DNA from: Octopus sinensis
Lineage: Eukaryota
Assembly: GCF_006345805.1 (NCBI RefSeq)
Contig: NC_043001.1
Location: 14,012,001 to 14,076,000 of the forward strand
DNA: 64,000 bases
Direction of reading: 5' to 3'
Part shown: positions 25,183-37,581 of the stretch, piece after piece
How positions within the stretch are numbered: position 1 is the first letter of the stretch
How the letters are laid out: the number at the start of each line of letters is the position of its first letter
Position numbers and translations under genes: made by a program
The notes under the pieces: generated by a model
Databases searched by the model: none
The model's input: only the letters and a program-made list of their open reading frames with translations
Told to the model about the DNA's origin: nothing

Positions 25183-25976
25183 GGATATTTTCGGTTTGAA
25201 CGACAGGCGCAGGAGTGGCTGTGTGGTAAGTAGCTTGCTAACTAACCACATGGTTCTGGGTTCAGTCCCACTGCGTGGCATCTTGGGCAAGTGTCTTCTG
25301 CTATAGCCCCGGGACGACCAATGCCTTATGAGTGGATTTGGTAGACGGAAACTGAAAGAAGCCTGTCGTATATATGTATATATATATATAAGTGTGTGTG
25401 TATATGTTTGTGTGTCTGTATTTGTCCCCCTACATTGCTTGACAACCGATGCTGGTGTGTTTACGTCCCCGTCACCTAGCGGTTCGGCAAAAGAGACAGA
25501 TAGAATAAGTACTGGCCTTACAAAGAATAAGTCCTGGGGTCGATTTGCTCGACTGAAACAAGTAAAAGAGTAAAAGAGTAAAGAGAGTTTTTTAAAATAA
25601 TTTCCACGTAACTAAACACTTTTAAACTTCGTATACTGGTAGAATGTGTTTATAAAACATCTTTTTCTCTTGGCTTTATTGAGAAAATTCTATAGTTTGT
25701 AAGATATTTGTTGTTGTTTTTTCTTCAATTTCTGCAATTTCAACCAATCAATGACGTCTATTGAGGTGAAAATATTCTGTGCCGTATGAATATATCCCTC
25801 GTTTAAGAAAAAGATTGGGTTTATTTACATTTGTGAAGAAAAAAAAGATACCCTTCCCCCCATCCCGAACCCTAAAACAGATTGAAATGCAATAGATCGA
25901 TGCTAGGGTCATAATTATGGGTGACAATTTCATATGACACCGCTAGAAAAAACTGCCGTTCAAACCGAAAAGATCC
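25183..25976. mobile_element. Non-autonomous DNA transposon/MITE with ~30-bp TIRs; left TIR split by SINE-A
   Basis: ggatattttcggtttgaacgacag|tttttt versus aaaaaactgccgttcaaaccgaaaagatcc; no TSD recognised. Confidence 0.75.
25206..25587 (+). mobile_element. SINE-A (small tail deletion), same subfamily as 4850
   Basis: Shares gctaactaacc and gggacgaccaatgccttatg with the 4850 copy. Confidence 0.9.
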
Positions 25977-27359
25977 GCATTCTGTACTTACTTTTCACAG
26001 TAATTTATTTTCTAACATTCTCACCTGATTTTCACGTTTATTCTTATACGATAATGTATATTTATTTTCTGATCACTACTTCAGCAAGTGTGCTAAAGTT
26101 CATGTTTCCCTGAAGAGGTCTTCAAGAATGAACACTTTTATTTATTTCATGTATTTTCCGGCATAACAAGAGAAATAGTCATAAACTAACATTTTATTAT
26201 CTTCAGCGATTAAGATACGTTAATATTTTCCAAAGTAATAACTCACAATAATATATTAATAATGGTTGTAGTTACATCAAATTAATACAAAGCTGGGCTG
26301 AAAAGAATAAATAACTACACTGAATGAGCTGCTGAATAAATATCATCCAAATTTGAACGAGTGACATTATTTAACTGTTATGTATTTTATGAAATCAATA
26401 GACTGCATTCTTCAGGATTTGTGAGAATACATATTAAAAGAGGCAGGTTGTGTGAATTCTATTCAGTTACAAGAATGTAAAATTCTTGAAGGTAAAAAGA
26501 ACGGATTTATAAAACGAAGTGTCAAGATATAACAAAGCAATATTAAAAATCTTGTAAATGCTGAAATAAACATAGTAAACAGGTGGTGTAACAACTATAT
26601 TTATCGCTAATTTCACCTGGTGTCAGCTTGAGATACGTAACGGGAAAATATAAAATCCGACAGAATAGAAACGAAACGAAACGGTGAACGTAAAAGAAAA
26701 AAATATGAACCTTTCTTTTAGTTGAGTAGTCAGGAAAAGCCTAAGAAAAGAGTTTTAAGAAAAATTTAACCAAATATTTAAAAATATTTAAAAAATGTAA
26801 TTTAGAAGAATGCCTTTAATCTTTTACAATGGATCGAAGTAAAACTAACAAATAAAATAACTGTTTTAGTAAAAATAAACTAAATCAAAGAATGAGAATA
26901 TTTGAAAAATGCCAAAGTTGTATGAAGAAAGTTAGATGTTCATGTTAGCTGAAAAGAAATTGAATTGTTAAAGAAACAAACCAAAATGAAAGCATTAATT
27001 GTAGAAGGAACCGAAAAGATTGTTAGGGAAACGTAAAAGGTGATAAAAGAACTATATTGTTTGAATAGAAGAAACGCGAAAAATTGCAAAAGATACAAAA
27101 GACAGCAGAAACCAGAAATGCACTTAAATAGAGGTGGAATAAAAAAGAAGAAGAAAAAAATGGACACAGCTAAACATATTTGTGAAACAACCTATTAAAA
27201 GACAACACTTAAAGACAAAAGAAGAATTGTAAAGACAGCGTTATCGAATAATATGGAACGTATATATTGAGTATAGAAGTAAATGGCGGACAAAATCAAA
27301 AATAAGAAAGACTTTGCGTGCGCGCACCTGTATATGTGTGCGCTAACACACACAGACAT

Positions 27360-27487
27360 CCACACATTCACATATCCACATACACAAACGTGCGCGCATA
27401 AACACATGCATGACATATACATATATGTGTGTCTATGCACACATATATATTTATATACACACACATGAATATATATAAATGTATATG

Positions 27488-27529
<42 letters not shown>

Positions 27530-27945
27530 TGAATATGTATAAATGTATATGTATACATGCATACATATACCTATATATATATACACACATGAATATATAT
27601 AAATGTATATGCATACATACATACATTTATATATAAACATACATGAATATATATAAATATATATGTATACATACATATATATACACATGAATATATATAA
27701 ATGTATATGTATACATACATAAATATATATATACACACATGAATATATATAAATGTATATGTATACATACATACATACACACATATAAATGTATATGCAT
27801 ACATACATATACATATATATATATATATGTGTGTGTGTATAACACAAACATACGTACGTGCACACGCATACACAACAGACACACATACACATAATAATAC
27901 AAGCACCCATTTATATATATATATATATATATATATAACTTTTGT
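27360..27945. repeat. Compound (TA/CA) microsatellite with a ~50-bp higher-order unit
   Basis: catgaatatatataaatgtatatg recurs about 6 times. Confidence 0.85.
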
Positions 27946-28539
27946 AGCTTCAATATGTTACGCCTTTTATAAACAGGGAAAATAATTAGACAAAAATGAC
28001 AAGGAACTTCTGTTGAAGCTAACGTAACTTTTGTTTTGTACTGAGATGAGGTAAAAGTATTATAACAATGGAATAACATAAAACAGCCGTTAAATATCAC
28101 TACAGCAGGCTTTCAAATATAACTTATATGAAAGGAGACTGCTAAATAATTGCATTAGAGAACACAGAACCACAGAATGTTTATGTCATCGAGAGAGGGA
28201 GTAAACACTGCCAATCCCTCTCTCTTAGATTAAGCACTTAAATTCATTTTCTCGTTTTTTTTAATGTTTTTGCTGTACTTAAAGCTTCATAGAGTGCACG
28301 TACAGCAGCAAGAGTCCAAACAATAACTATATTCATTCTTTATACGTTCTAGAAGATTCGAAAGTGAATAATTGATCGCTGTTGTGTTTATAACCCATAA
28401 CATTCACCGATGTAAGCGGTGTTTCGACCTCGTTGTGCGTTTTCTCAGTCAAAGCTACCTCTGTCTCAAGAACGCGAATTTTTGTTTATTGGAATCAACA
28501 AACAAATTAATTTTCGACTCTCCCTCCTATATAGATAGA

Positions 28540-30505
28540 TGTTTGAGTGTATATGTTCTAGAACATATTAAGGAGGGATATATTATTTACATTTGGCGAA
28601 TATTTGTCCTCATCTTGCTTGTCGTTAACACGTTTCAGCTAATGTACTCTCCAGCCTTCATCAGGTGTCCTGGGGGAATTTCGAACCTGGGTTCTCATTC
28701 CTAAGGTATTTTTCCCTGTTGTTGTTGTTGGTGGTGGTGTTGTTGTTGTGGTGGTGGTGTTGTTGGTGTTGTTGGTGGTGTTGGTGTTGTTGTTCGGAAT
28801 TGTAGGGTAAGTAGCCTGTACTCTTAACCACTACACCATGTGCCCGTGGGTAATTATGGAGTGAATTTTAGGGCTTATATATCTAATATTTTCCTATCCT
28901 TTCTTAATACCGGTTCCCATATGCGACTCGTATGTGTACTAAGTCTGCTTAGAAGGTTATTATATCCTAGTATTTGTGCTGCCTCTTAGTTTTCGTATTT
29001 TCCAGTGGTGTTCTCTGTCTATTATTTTAACTTCATCCCACAGGGGATGTCTCCATTTTCCCATACATGATCAGCTATACCCGATTTATCAATATTTCCT
29101 CGTGTCACAGCTTTGCGTTGTTCTCTACTTTTATTTTGAGGGGGTGGCACGTTTCACCATTGTATATCCTACCACAACTGCATGGGATGGAGTCCACGAA
29201 GGTTTTGGTCACATTTTCTTCTATTGGTGGTTTTACTCGAAGGAGATATTTGCGAAGTGTTGCATTACTCTTGAATACTGTCCTGATGTCATATAGGCCG
29301 CATATCTTTTGTATCTTTTCGGAGAGGCCTTTCACATAGGGTAGATAGAATGTGGACAGTCTATCGGTTTCGTCTTCTATTTTCTTCATAATTGGAGTGG
29401 AGAGTATGCTTTTGGGTTAGTTGTTACTTGATTGATTGTTACTGAGCTTAGTCATTTCTTCGTGGTGGATATCACGATCGCTACTTATATTCTTTGCTCG
29501 ATGTTTTAGGCACTGAGCAATCCCTTTCTTTACACTGCATGAATGGTGGGAATTGAAGTTGAGGCATCGTCCAGTAACGGTCGGCTTGCGGTATACGGAT
29601 GTCCTGGATCCATATTTCGGTGCGTGTTATTTATACGTCCAGGAATGCTAGCTGATTGTCTTTTTCCTTTTCCATTGTGAACTGTATGGATGGCTTTGAG
29701 TTCACATGATCTAATAATATTTGGACATCTTCCTCGTGGGGCCAGAGTATGAAGGTGTCATCAACATATCGCAGCCATAGTGTTGGTTTTAGTGGTGTTG
29801 ATCCTAAAGCCAAATTCTCAAAGTATTCCATGTATATATTGGCTATTATTGGCGATAATAGCGAATCCATAGCTAAACCCTCTTCTTGTCAATATATATC
29901 AGTGTCCATACTGAAGTAAGTAGTTTCTACACAGAAGGTCAACATTTCCATCAAGTTTCTTATTGGTATACTAGTGCGTTGTTTTAGATGAGTGTATGTC
30001 ACTAGTTTTTCTTGAATCACCGATAGCGCTTCATCAGTTGGGACTTTTCTACACTCACCATCTGATTGGATCCAATAGGGGTATCCTTGATCAATTCTGT
30101 GAAGTGGGTGGAATTCTTCACATACGATGTTGACTTTCCTGCTAATGGACTGATTATATCCACAAGGAAGCGGCTCATTGGATAACATGCTGAACCTCTA
30201 CAGCTCACTATAGGTCTTACTGGAATACCATACCTGTGAATCTTTGGTGGACCATACATGTGTGATAGCTTACTCTTGTGTTGATTCAGTTGTCTGTACT
30301 TCATTGGTATAAAGCGATCGTTGTTCTTGATCAAGATCTGTGACAATTTTCTCTATGTTTTCAGAGTTGGGTCATTCATTACTTTGCTGTAGCTACCATC
30401 ACTTATGAGACTTGCCAGTTTTTCAGAGTTGATGACAAATTTCTCCTCCTTGTAAGAGTAATTAGCCCGATATTCCTGCTGCTATAACAGCAACTCTGCG
30501 TTCAA
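28540..30505 (-). mobile_element. Penelope-like retroelement (RT plus GIY-YIG, 3' terminal region), 5'-truncated and decayed
   Basis: LSPIIANIYME, WLRYVDDTF, LAFLDV, LPYVKGLSE, IPCSCGRIYNGET, DREHHWKIRKL. Confidence 0.92.
28626..28670 (-). ncRNA. Minimal hammerhead-ribozyme relic in the Penelope terminus
   Basis: ggacacCTGATGAaggct..agctGAAACGTgtt; stem II pairs; cleavage site/stem I damaged in this copy. Confidence 0.55.
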
Positions 30506-30559
30506 AAAATATCTTATTTGTATGTACAGTGTGTGTGTGTGTGTGTGTGTACTTCAAAT

Positions 30560-30720
30560 TTATAGAAAAACAAAAGACGAAAACAGGTGCATGAATAACA
30601 AGCAGGTTTATTAGTTTGACGCTCGGGAAAATGAAAAAGTCTTTTATGTTTCGAGCCTACACTCTTCAGCAGAAATCAATGCGAAAATAAACGGAGAGAG
30701 AATGAAAAAAAAACCCGTAG
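30560..30720 (-). mobile_element. Family F short element
   Basis: tttCTGCTGAagagtgtaggctcGAAACATAaaag on the minus strand. Confidence 0.6.
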
Positions 30721-30845
30721 GTTTAGCGGTCAGGCATGGTGAATGATAAGGAAAAAGTTTGATACAAGAGGTTGGAAGAAAGGGAGATAATACAGTGCTG
30801 GTGATCCCAAATGAAAGTGCGCGTGCGTCCGTGTGAATTTGTAAT

Positions 30846-30934
30846 ATTCTTTTAACTGTTTCAGTTATTTGACTGCTGACATGCTGGAGCATGTCAAGCA
30901 TTGTCAAGTGATAGGGGGAAAACACAGGCACACA

Positions 30935-30975
<41 letters not shown>

Positions 30976-31134
30976 GGGCTTCTTTCAGTTTCCGTCGACC
31001 AAATCTACACACAAAGCTTCGGTCGGCCCGAAGCAATAGCAGAAGACACTTGCCCAAGGGGCCACACAGTAGGGCTGAACCTGGAACCATGTGGTTTGGA
31101 AGCAAATTTCTTATCATACAGCCACGCCTGCGCC
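30846..31134 (-). mobile_element. SINE-A with internal deletion
   Basis: Head at 31134; shortened 3' half. Confidence 0.8.
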
Positions 31135-31145
31135 TATATATAATT

Positions 31146-31541
31146 ATATATATATATATATATAATGCTGAAGGTGTCTTTGTATGGCAGGTTTGGTAGC
31201 CTTCAACTAACACTATCTCCTCCGAGACCCTGCGGCGCAAGTTGACCAAAATTGAGAGTATGATAGAAGAAAGCTTATCTTCCTTCCCTAGAAGAAACAT
31301 TTCAAATCAGACCATGTTAACACCAAAAATTATTTACATCAAAAAGGTGCTATCTTTCTATGAAAATCCCTATTTTTTACGATTTTTTTACTGTTGTGTC
31401 GCCATTTTTCGGTGTATTTCAACCAGAAAAATGTTCACTTGAAGAGAATAACAAGCTACATAATGCTAAATTTTTACTTTTCAAAAATTCCAATTCTAAA
31501 GGGTCGAAACAAACCCGAGCAACACCGGACGATACTGCTAG
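31146..31541 (+). mobile_element. Non-autonomous Helitron H2
   Basis: (TA)n start; ends gatactgctag|t. Confidence 0.85.
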
Positions 31542-32133
31542 TATATATATATACATATATATATACATATATATACATATACATATATATATACATATAC
31601 ATACATATACATATATATATACATATACATACATATACATATATATATACATATACATATATATGCACGCACACATTACAGTAAATAGAAACACAGAAAT
31701 TAAAGACAACACTGCGCATGCTCGAGGCACGCTGACATGTGCTGGATAATGCAGTGAATGCATACAATAAATATAACAATACATGGAAAGTAATGGCTAT
31801 AATGATGATCACGACGTTAAGAGCGAAAAACCACGATGACGTCAATGATGTTTATTACTATGACAACGATGATGATAATCTAAGAAAGTTCAAGTTTAGA
31901 ATGTGGAACGCTGACAGAAGTAAAAACTACTCAATGAATGCAGATTTTATGAGCTGTTTTATTTCATGCACCGAAAAGGAAAAGTGTTCCATTCTATTAT
32001 CAAACCGGAGATTCTTATATTGAAAACAGAAAGAGCTTTTTTATAATGGCACACTGGAAGTTTAGATTGTAAAAACATTATCATTACAAATACACATACA
32101 CTCACAGAGACGCGTAATAACTGCTACATGTGT

Positions 32134-32370
32134 TTACTCTTTTACTATTTTACTTGTTTCAGTCATTTGATTGTGGCCATGCTGGAGCACCGCCTTTTAG
32201 TCGAGCAAATCGACCCCGGAACTTATTCTTTGTAAGCCTAGCAGTTATTCTGTCGGTCACTATTGCCAAACCGCTAAGTTACGGGGACGTAAACGCGCCA
32301 GCATCGGCTGTCAAGCGATGTTGGGGGGACAAACACAGACACACAAACATATACACACACACACACACGT

Positions 32371-32460
<90 letters not shown>

Positions 32461-32617
32461 CGGGCTTCTTTCAGTTTTGCGTCTACCAAATCCACTCACA
32501 AAGCTTTATTCGGCCCGAGGCTATATTAGAAGAAACTTGCCCAAGGAGCCACGCAGTGAGACTGAACCCAGAACCATGTGGTTGATAAGCAAGCTATTTA
32601 CCACACAGCCACTCTTA
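32134..32617 (-). mobile_element. SINE-A, full length
   Basis: Head and tail; long internal (TG)n. Confidence 0.88.
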
Positions 32618-32667
32618 CATCTTTATGTATGTATATATACATGCGGTGTGTGTGTGTGTGTCTAAAT

Positions 32668-32947
32668 GCGCGTGGCCTTGTGGTTATGGGCGTTGCACTC
32701 ATGATCACAAGATCGTGCTTTCGACCCTCAGACCAGCTGCGCATCGTGTTCTTGAGCAAAACGCTTCATTTCACGTTCCTCAGTCCACACAGCTGCAAAT
32801 GGGTAACTCTGCTACGAATTAGTCTTCCGATTACGGGCAATGTTAGCCTGCTCTCCTGGCCAGTGGGCTGGCATAATTCGAAGGCTAAAAGCGAGGTGAC
32901 GAGCATTGAGACCAGCAATATATAGCAACAGCTAATAGTCTAGTCAG
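32668..32947 (+). mobile_element. SINE-E head with tail T2, diverged
   Basis: gtgttcttgagcaaaacgcttcatttcacg; tail homologous to 9235-9330. Confidence 0.65.
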
Positions 32948-32976
32948 TACCCTGATATATATATATATATATATAT

Positions 32977-33267
32977 ATACCTATTTCTTTACTACCCACA
33001 AGGGGCTAAGCACAGAGAGGACAAACAAGGACAGATAAACGGATTAAGTCGATTAAATCGACCCCAGTGCGTAACTGGTACTTAATTTATCGACCCCAAA
33101 AGGATGAAAGGCAAAGTCGACCAAATTCCGCCGAGGTCGACTTTGCCTTTCATCCTTTCGGGGTCGATAAATTAAGTACCAGTTTCCTACTGGGGTCGAT
33201 ATAATCGACTGGCCCGTTCCCACAAAATCCAGGCTGTGTGCCTATAGGAGAAAGGATTATTATTATT
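32977..33267. mobile_element. Two headless SINE-B bodies fused in inverted orientation
   Basis: Minus tail-1 body 32977-33122 and plus tail-2 body 33123-33267. Confidence 0.85.
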
Positions 33268-33296
33268 TAATAAATCGTATGATTTATTAAATCATG

Positions 33297-33695
33297 AGGA
33301 GTGGCTGTGTGGTAAGTAGCTTGCTAACCAGCCACATGGTTCAGGGTTCAGTCCCACTGCGTGGAATCTTGGGCAAATGTCTTCTGCTATAGCTCCGGGC
33401 CGACCAATGCCTTGTGAGTGGATTTGGTAGACGGAAACTGAAGGAAGCCTGTCGTATATATGTATATATATATGTATTTGTATGTATATGTTTGTGTGTC
33501 TGTGTTTGTCCCTCTAGCATTGCTTGACAACCGATGCTGGTGTGTTTACGTTCCCGTCACTTAGCGGTTCGGCAAAAAGAGACCGATAGAATAAGTACTG
33601 CGCTTACAAAGAATAGGTCCCGGGGTCGATCTGCTCGACTAAAGGCGGTGCTCCAGCATGGCCGCAGTCAAATGACTGAAACAAGTAAAAGAGTT
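33297..33695 (+). mobile_element. SINE-A
   Basis: Head and tail motifs. Confidence 0.9.
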
Positions 33696-33729
33696 ATAGA
33701 GGTTGTAAATTAAGGAATACAGTTTCGTT

Positions 33730-34330
33730 CTTATAAAAGATTCACAACAAATATTGGATATAAAAATGTCAAGAAAAACAATACCAACCAGAATGGAAAC
33801 CACCCACAGTGGGAACATTGAGGTAATATCAGAAATAGAAATATAGCCAAAACTGTAACTGTGTCGGAAGATGAAATAAGCAGAGCCACAAATACAACTA
33901 AATCTAATAAATGCTCATGCAAAGTAAAAACAAAATGCCCATTGATGAACCTCTGCATGAGTACCAATGTAGTATACAAGTGCATCGTACAAACAAGAGG
34001 AGGATCGTACGTTTACATTGGTGAAACGGCTGATTCGTTCAAGAGCCGATATCGAAACCATGTCTCCAGTTTCAATAAAATCAACAAGAGGCACTCAACA
34101 TCTTTTGACTAATTTTGTGTGGCAACTTAAGCAGTGTATGGTTAAATATGATCTCACTTGATCCGTAATATGCCATGCACAACAGTACAATATCCTTTAC
34201 AACAGATGCAGGTTATGCTCTGAAGAATCGTTTTCCATTTTGTGGACCAATTAATAGGATTTCTGAAAAACTATCAAGACGCCTGCATGCTAAATGCACT
34301 TTCGCACAATACAGGGAGTGTGGATAAGAG
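33730..34330 (+). mobile_element. Penelope-like GIY-YIG endonuclease relic of a second lineage
   Basis: CSC-x5-CP-x3-C linker, VVYK, YIGET..FKSRYRNH, CRLC. Confidence 0.85.
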
Positions 34331-34724
34331 TAATTGTTGACTAAATTAATAACCACACTTTCCCTAAATGTATAGATGAATAACCGCAATCTCCACATTC
34401 TTATAAACACAATGCCACGCAAGTTACCAGCATCACTGGGATACCCCTTTTTTCCATTTGCTGCTTTTTTGTTTTGTTTGTGTTGTCGGACACATTCGCT
34501 TGATTTCTTCCCAAAATTTAATGCTCTTAGAATTTTAGAGACTACCAATTTTAAACAGTCTCATGTATAACAGGCCAAAACTGTAATGATAATTGGAAGC
34601 TTGACTGAGGAACAGTGGGCCACGAATGATCCGTCCTGGGTTTTTCCTATCGTCTATCTGTCCGTATGTTTTTGTCGTCCGTTACGTTCTTATTCCGTTT
34701 TTTGAAGATGTGTTTGTGTGTGTG

Positions 34725-34895
34725 TACTCTTTTTACACTTTTACTTGTTTCAGTCATTTGACTGTGGCCATGCTAGAGCACAGCCTTTAGTCGAGCAAAC
34801 CGACCCCAGTACTTATTCTTTGTAAGCCTAGTAGTTATTCTATCGGTCTCTTTTACAGAACCGCTAAGTTACGGGGGCCAAACAGAGACACACAA

Positions 34896-34937
<42 letters not shown>

Positions 34938-35101
34938 GCGACGGCGTTCTTTCAGTTTCCGTCTATTAAATCTACTCACAAGACTTTGGTCGGGCCGAGG
35001 CTATAGTAGAAGACATCTGCCCAAGGTGCCACACAGTGGGACTGAACCCGGAACCATGTACTTCGTAAGCAAGCTACTTACCACACAGCCACTCCCACGC
35101 C
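34725..35101 (-). mobile_element. SINE-A
   Basis: Head at ~35100; tail at ~34725. Confidence 0.88.
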
Positions 35102-35409
35102 TGTGTGTGTATTACTTACTAACAAAGACACGGTATTTCGTTTTGCAGCCTTAATATATTACCGAGAATAGTACAGGTTTAAAAGTTAATACTGTTTTAC
35201 TTTGTGCTAGCAGGGCTATATTTTCACTTTAAAGTTTACATTTATAGAAAACCTATAAAGATTAACTTCGAAGTGAAAATGTGTGTATGTGTAATATATA
35301 CCCCCCAAAAAATAAACACTAATATATGTATATTTATACAAATATTTTTATATAAATATTTATAGTCTCTCTTTCTCTCACTAGCTATCTGTCTGTAGCT
35401 ATCTATCTA

Positions 35410-35750
35410 TAGGATCGCGGTTTCGATTCCCAGACCGGGCGTTGTGAGTGTTTATTGAGCGAAAACACCTAAAAGCACCACAAGGCTCCGGCAGGGGGTG
35501 GTGGTGATCCCTGCTGTACTCTTTCACCACAACTTTCTCTCACTCTTACTTCCTGTTTCTGTTGTACCTGTATTTCAAGGGGCCGGCCTTGTCACTCTCT
35601 GTGTCACGCTGAATATCCCCAAGAACTACGTTAAGGGTGCACGTATCTGTGGAGTGCTCAGCCTCTTACACGTTAATTTCACGAGCAGGCTGTTCCGTTG
35701 ATTCGGATCAACCGGAACCCTCATCGTCGTAACCGACGGAGTGCTTCCAC
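35410..35750 (+). mobile_element. SINE-C, 5'-truncated, tail T1, inside a (TATC)n tract
   Basis: Matches 1483-1820. Confidence 0.88.
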
Positions 35751-35812
35751 ATCTATCTATCAATCCCTATCTATATATCTATCTGTCTGTCTGTGTCTTT
35801 CCATCTATCCAG

Positions 35813-35855
<43 letters not shown>

Positions 35856-36701
35856 AACGTACGGTGAGTGGAACAAAGCTATGCCCAGTAAAGTTTATAT
35901 AATAAAACTGCGTAGAGATTTTTAAACATATCATGTTTTACGAGGAATTTTAACAGAATTGTTCTGTTACATAGAGTCTATATATTTTATGCGAAATGTT
36001 ATTATCTCCAGGTATTATTACATTTTAATTAAACGTAGCCTTATATCAATAGATAAGAATCTGAATGAGAAACAATGAAAGAAAAAAAAAGTAAGTTCTA
36101 TATTAATCTCGTGGTATTTGAATCTGTGTTCTACATTTTTTGACATATGATTTTTAAATTAGGTTCTTTTCTTTCGTGTGTGTGTGTCTCTATGTGTGTG
36201 TGTGTGTGTGTGTGTTTGTCCGTGCGTTTACGAGATTATGTAAGCGAAACAGAATCTGTACATGTGTCGGCGTGTTTGCAATGAGGTAAGCGTAAGGAAG
36301 AAAGGGATTGAAAGAGCAGACGACATCGAAGAGAGAGTATTATTTTTATTAAAGCCGACATTTTGCATTACGTAATTAACGTTTCACTTCTCTAATTTTC
36401 AGGCATATTATAAAAACCTGTACGAAAAAAATCATCAGAGGTGGTCAAAATCCTGAAGTGAGTTTTGTCAAAAGCAGGTCTTTCTGTTTAAGATGCAGAA
36501 ATTTCCAAGGACTTTCAGCATCCCCAATAGAGCCTGTCAATAGAGAAGATGTTCTCTAAATAGGTGACAAGCATCTCCATCAGAGAAAGTGTATAATCTC
36601 TTTTTGTAACGCTCGATAGTCGCAATTGAACAACGAATCTGATTTAGCTGCCATGTGCAGGTTGAAGGAAACACAAATGTACAAGGAACCGAAAAATATA
36701 T

Positions 36702-36925
36702 ATTTCTTTACTACCCCTAAGGGGCTACACACAGAGGGGACAAACAAGGACAGACAAGCGGATTAAGTCGATTATATCGACCCCAATGCGCAACTGGTAC
36801 TTAATTTATCGACCCCGAGAGGATGAAAGGCTAAGTCGACCTCGGCGGAATTTGAACCCAGGACGTAGCGGCAAACGAAATACGGCTACGCATTTCGCCC
36901 GGCGTGCTAACGATTCTACCAGCTC
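36702..36925 (-). mobile_element. SINE-B monomer
   Basis: Tail 1, body, partial head. Confidence 0.85.
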
Positions 36926-37104
36926 CGAAAAATATATTAGCCGACCGTAACTACTTCATACATGACACAATGAAAAGCAGTTCTCTTTTGTTTTTGCTTT
37001 ATTTTTTTAGCGATTGTCAACGCATAAGAAAACATAAGCAGAGAAAATAATAACCTGCCGGCAAGACTTCGCTGATTGACAGGTGACAGTCTCGTTTAGG
37101 GAAT

Positions 37105-37581
37105 TGTTTTATTCCTACCCACAAGGGGCAACATAGAGGGGACAATACAATCGGGAAAAATAAAATAATGAATTATGAAGTTTGTACAATGTGGTGTAAT
37201 GCCCACTCGATCCCCGAAATCGAGCGGTTACATTTCGTCATTTTTTTATTCGTCAACAATATTTTCCAAATAAAAACATTTTACACATTTTCAACATACA
37301 TTTCAAAAATTTTACAAAGTTCAACATTTTTTTTTTTTCAGAATTTAAAGTTCATTTTTATCATTTCCAAATTTAAGTTTTCACAATACCTTTTCTTTTA
37401 TATATACTCCATTATCTCTACCAAATCTTGGTAACTTTCCATCGTTCGTGGCCACCTTGTAAGTCGGCATTTCATGTTTTGACACGTTCTTGCCAGCTGC
37501 CTCGATGAACGCCTCGGCGTTGTTCTCGTGGACGAGTGCACCTGTTTCTTTCCATTCGGTGCCCATCCTGACCCACGTATA
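37105..37581 (-). mobile_element. 5'-truncated retro-insertion with 17-bp TSD; its 3' end matches SINE-B tail 1
   Basis: agtctcgtttagggaat at 37088-37104 and 37582-37598; GC-rich coding-like 5' part then an AT-rich UTR. Confidence 0.7.

Noticed and set aside
34600-34650. CTGAGGA...GAAT...GTC hammerhead-like motif after the second Penelope relic
   Set aside because: GAAA is not intact and stems I and II do not pair convincingly.
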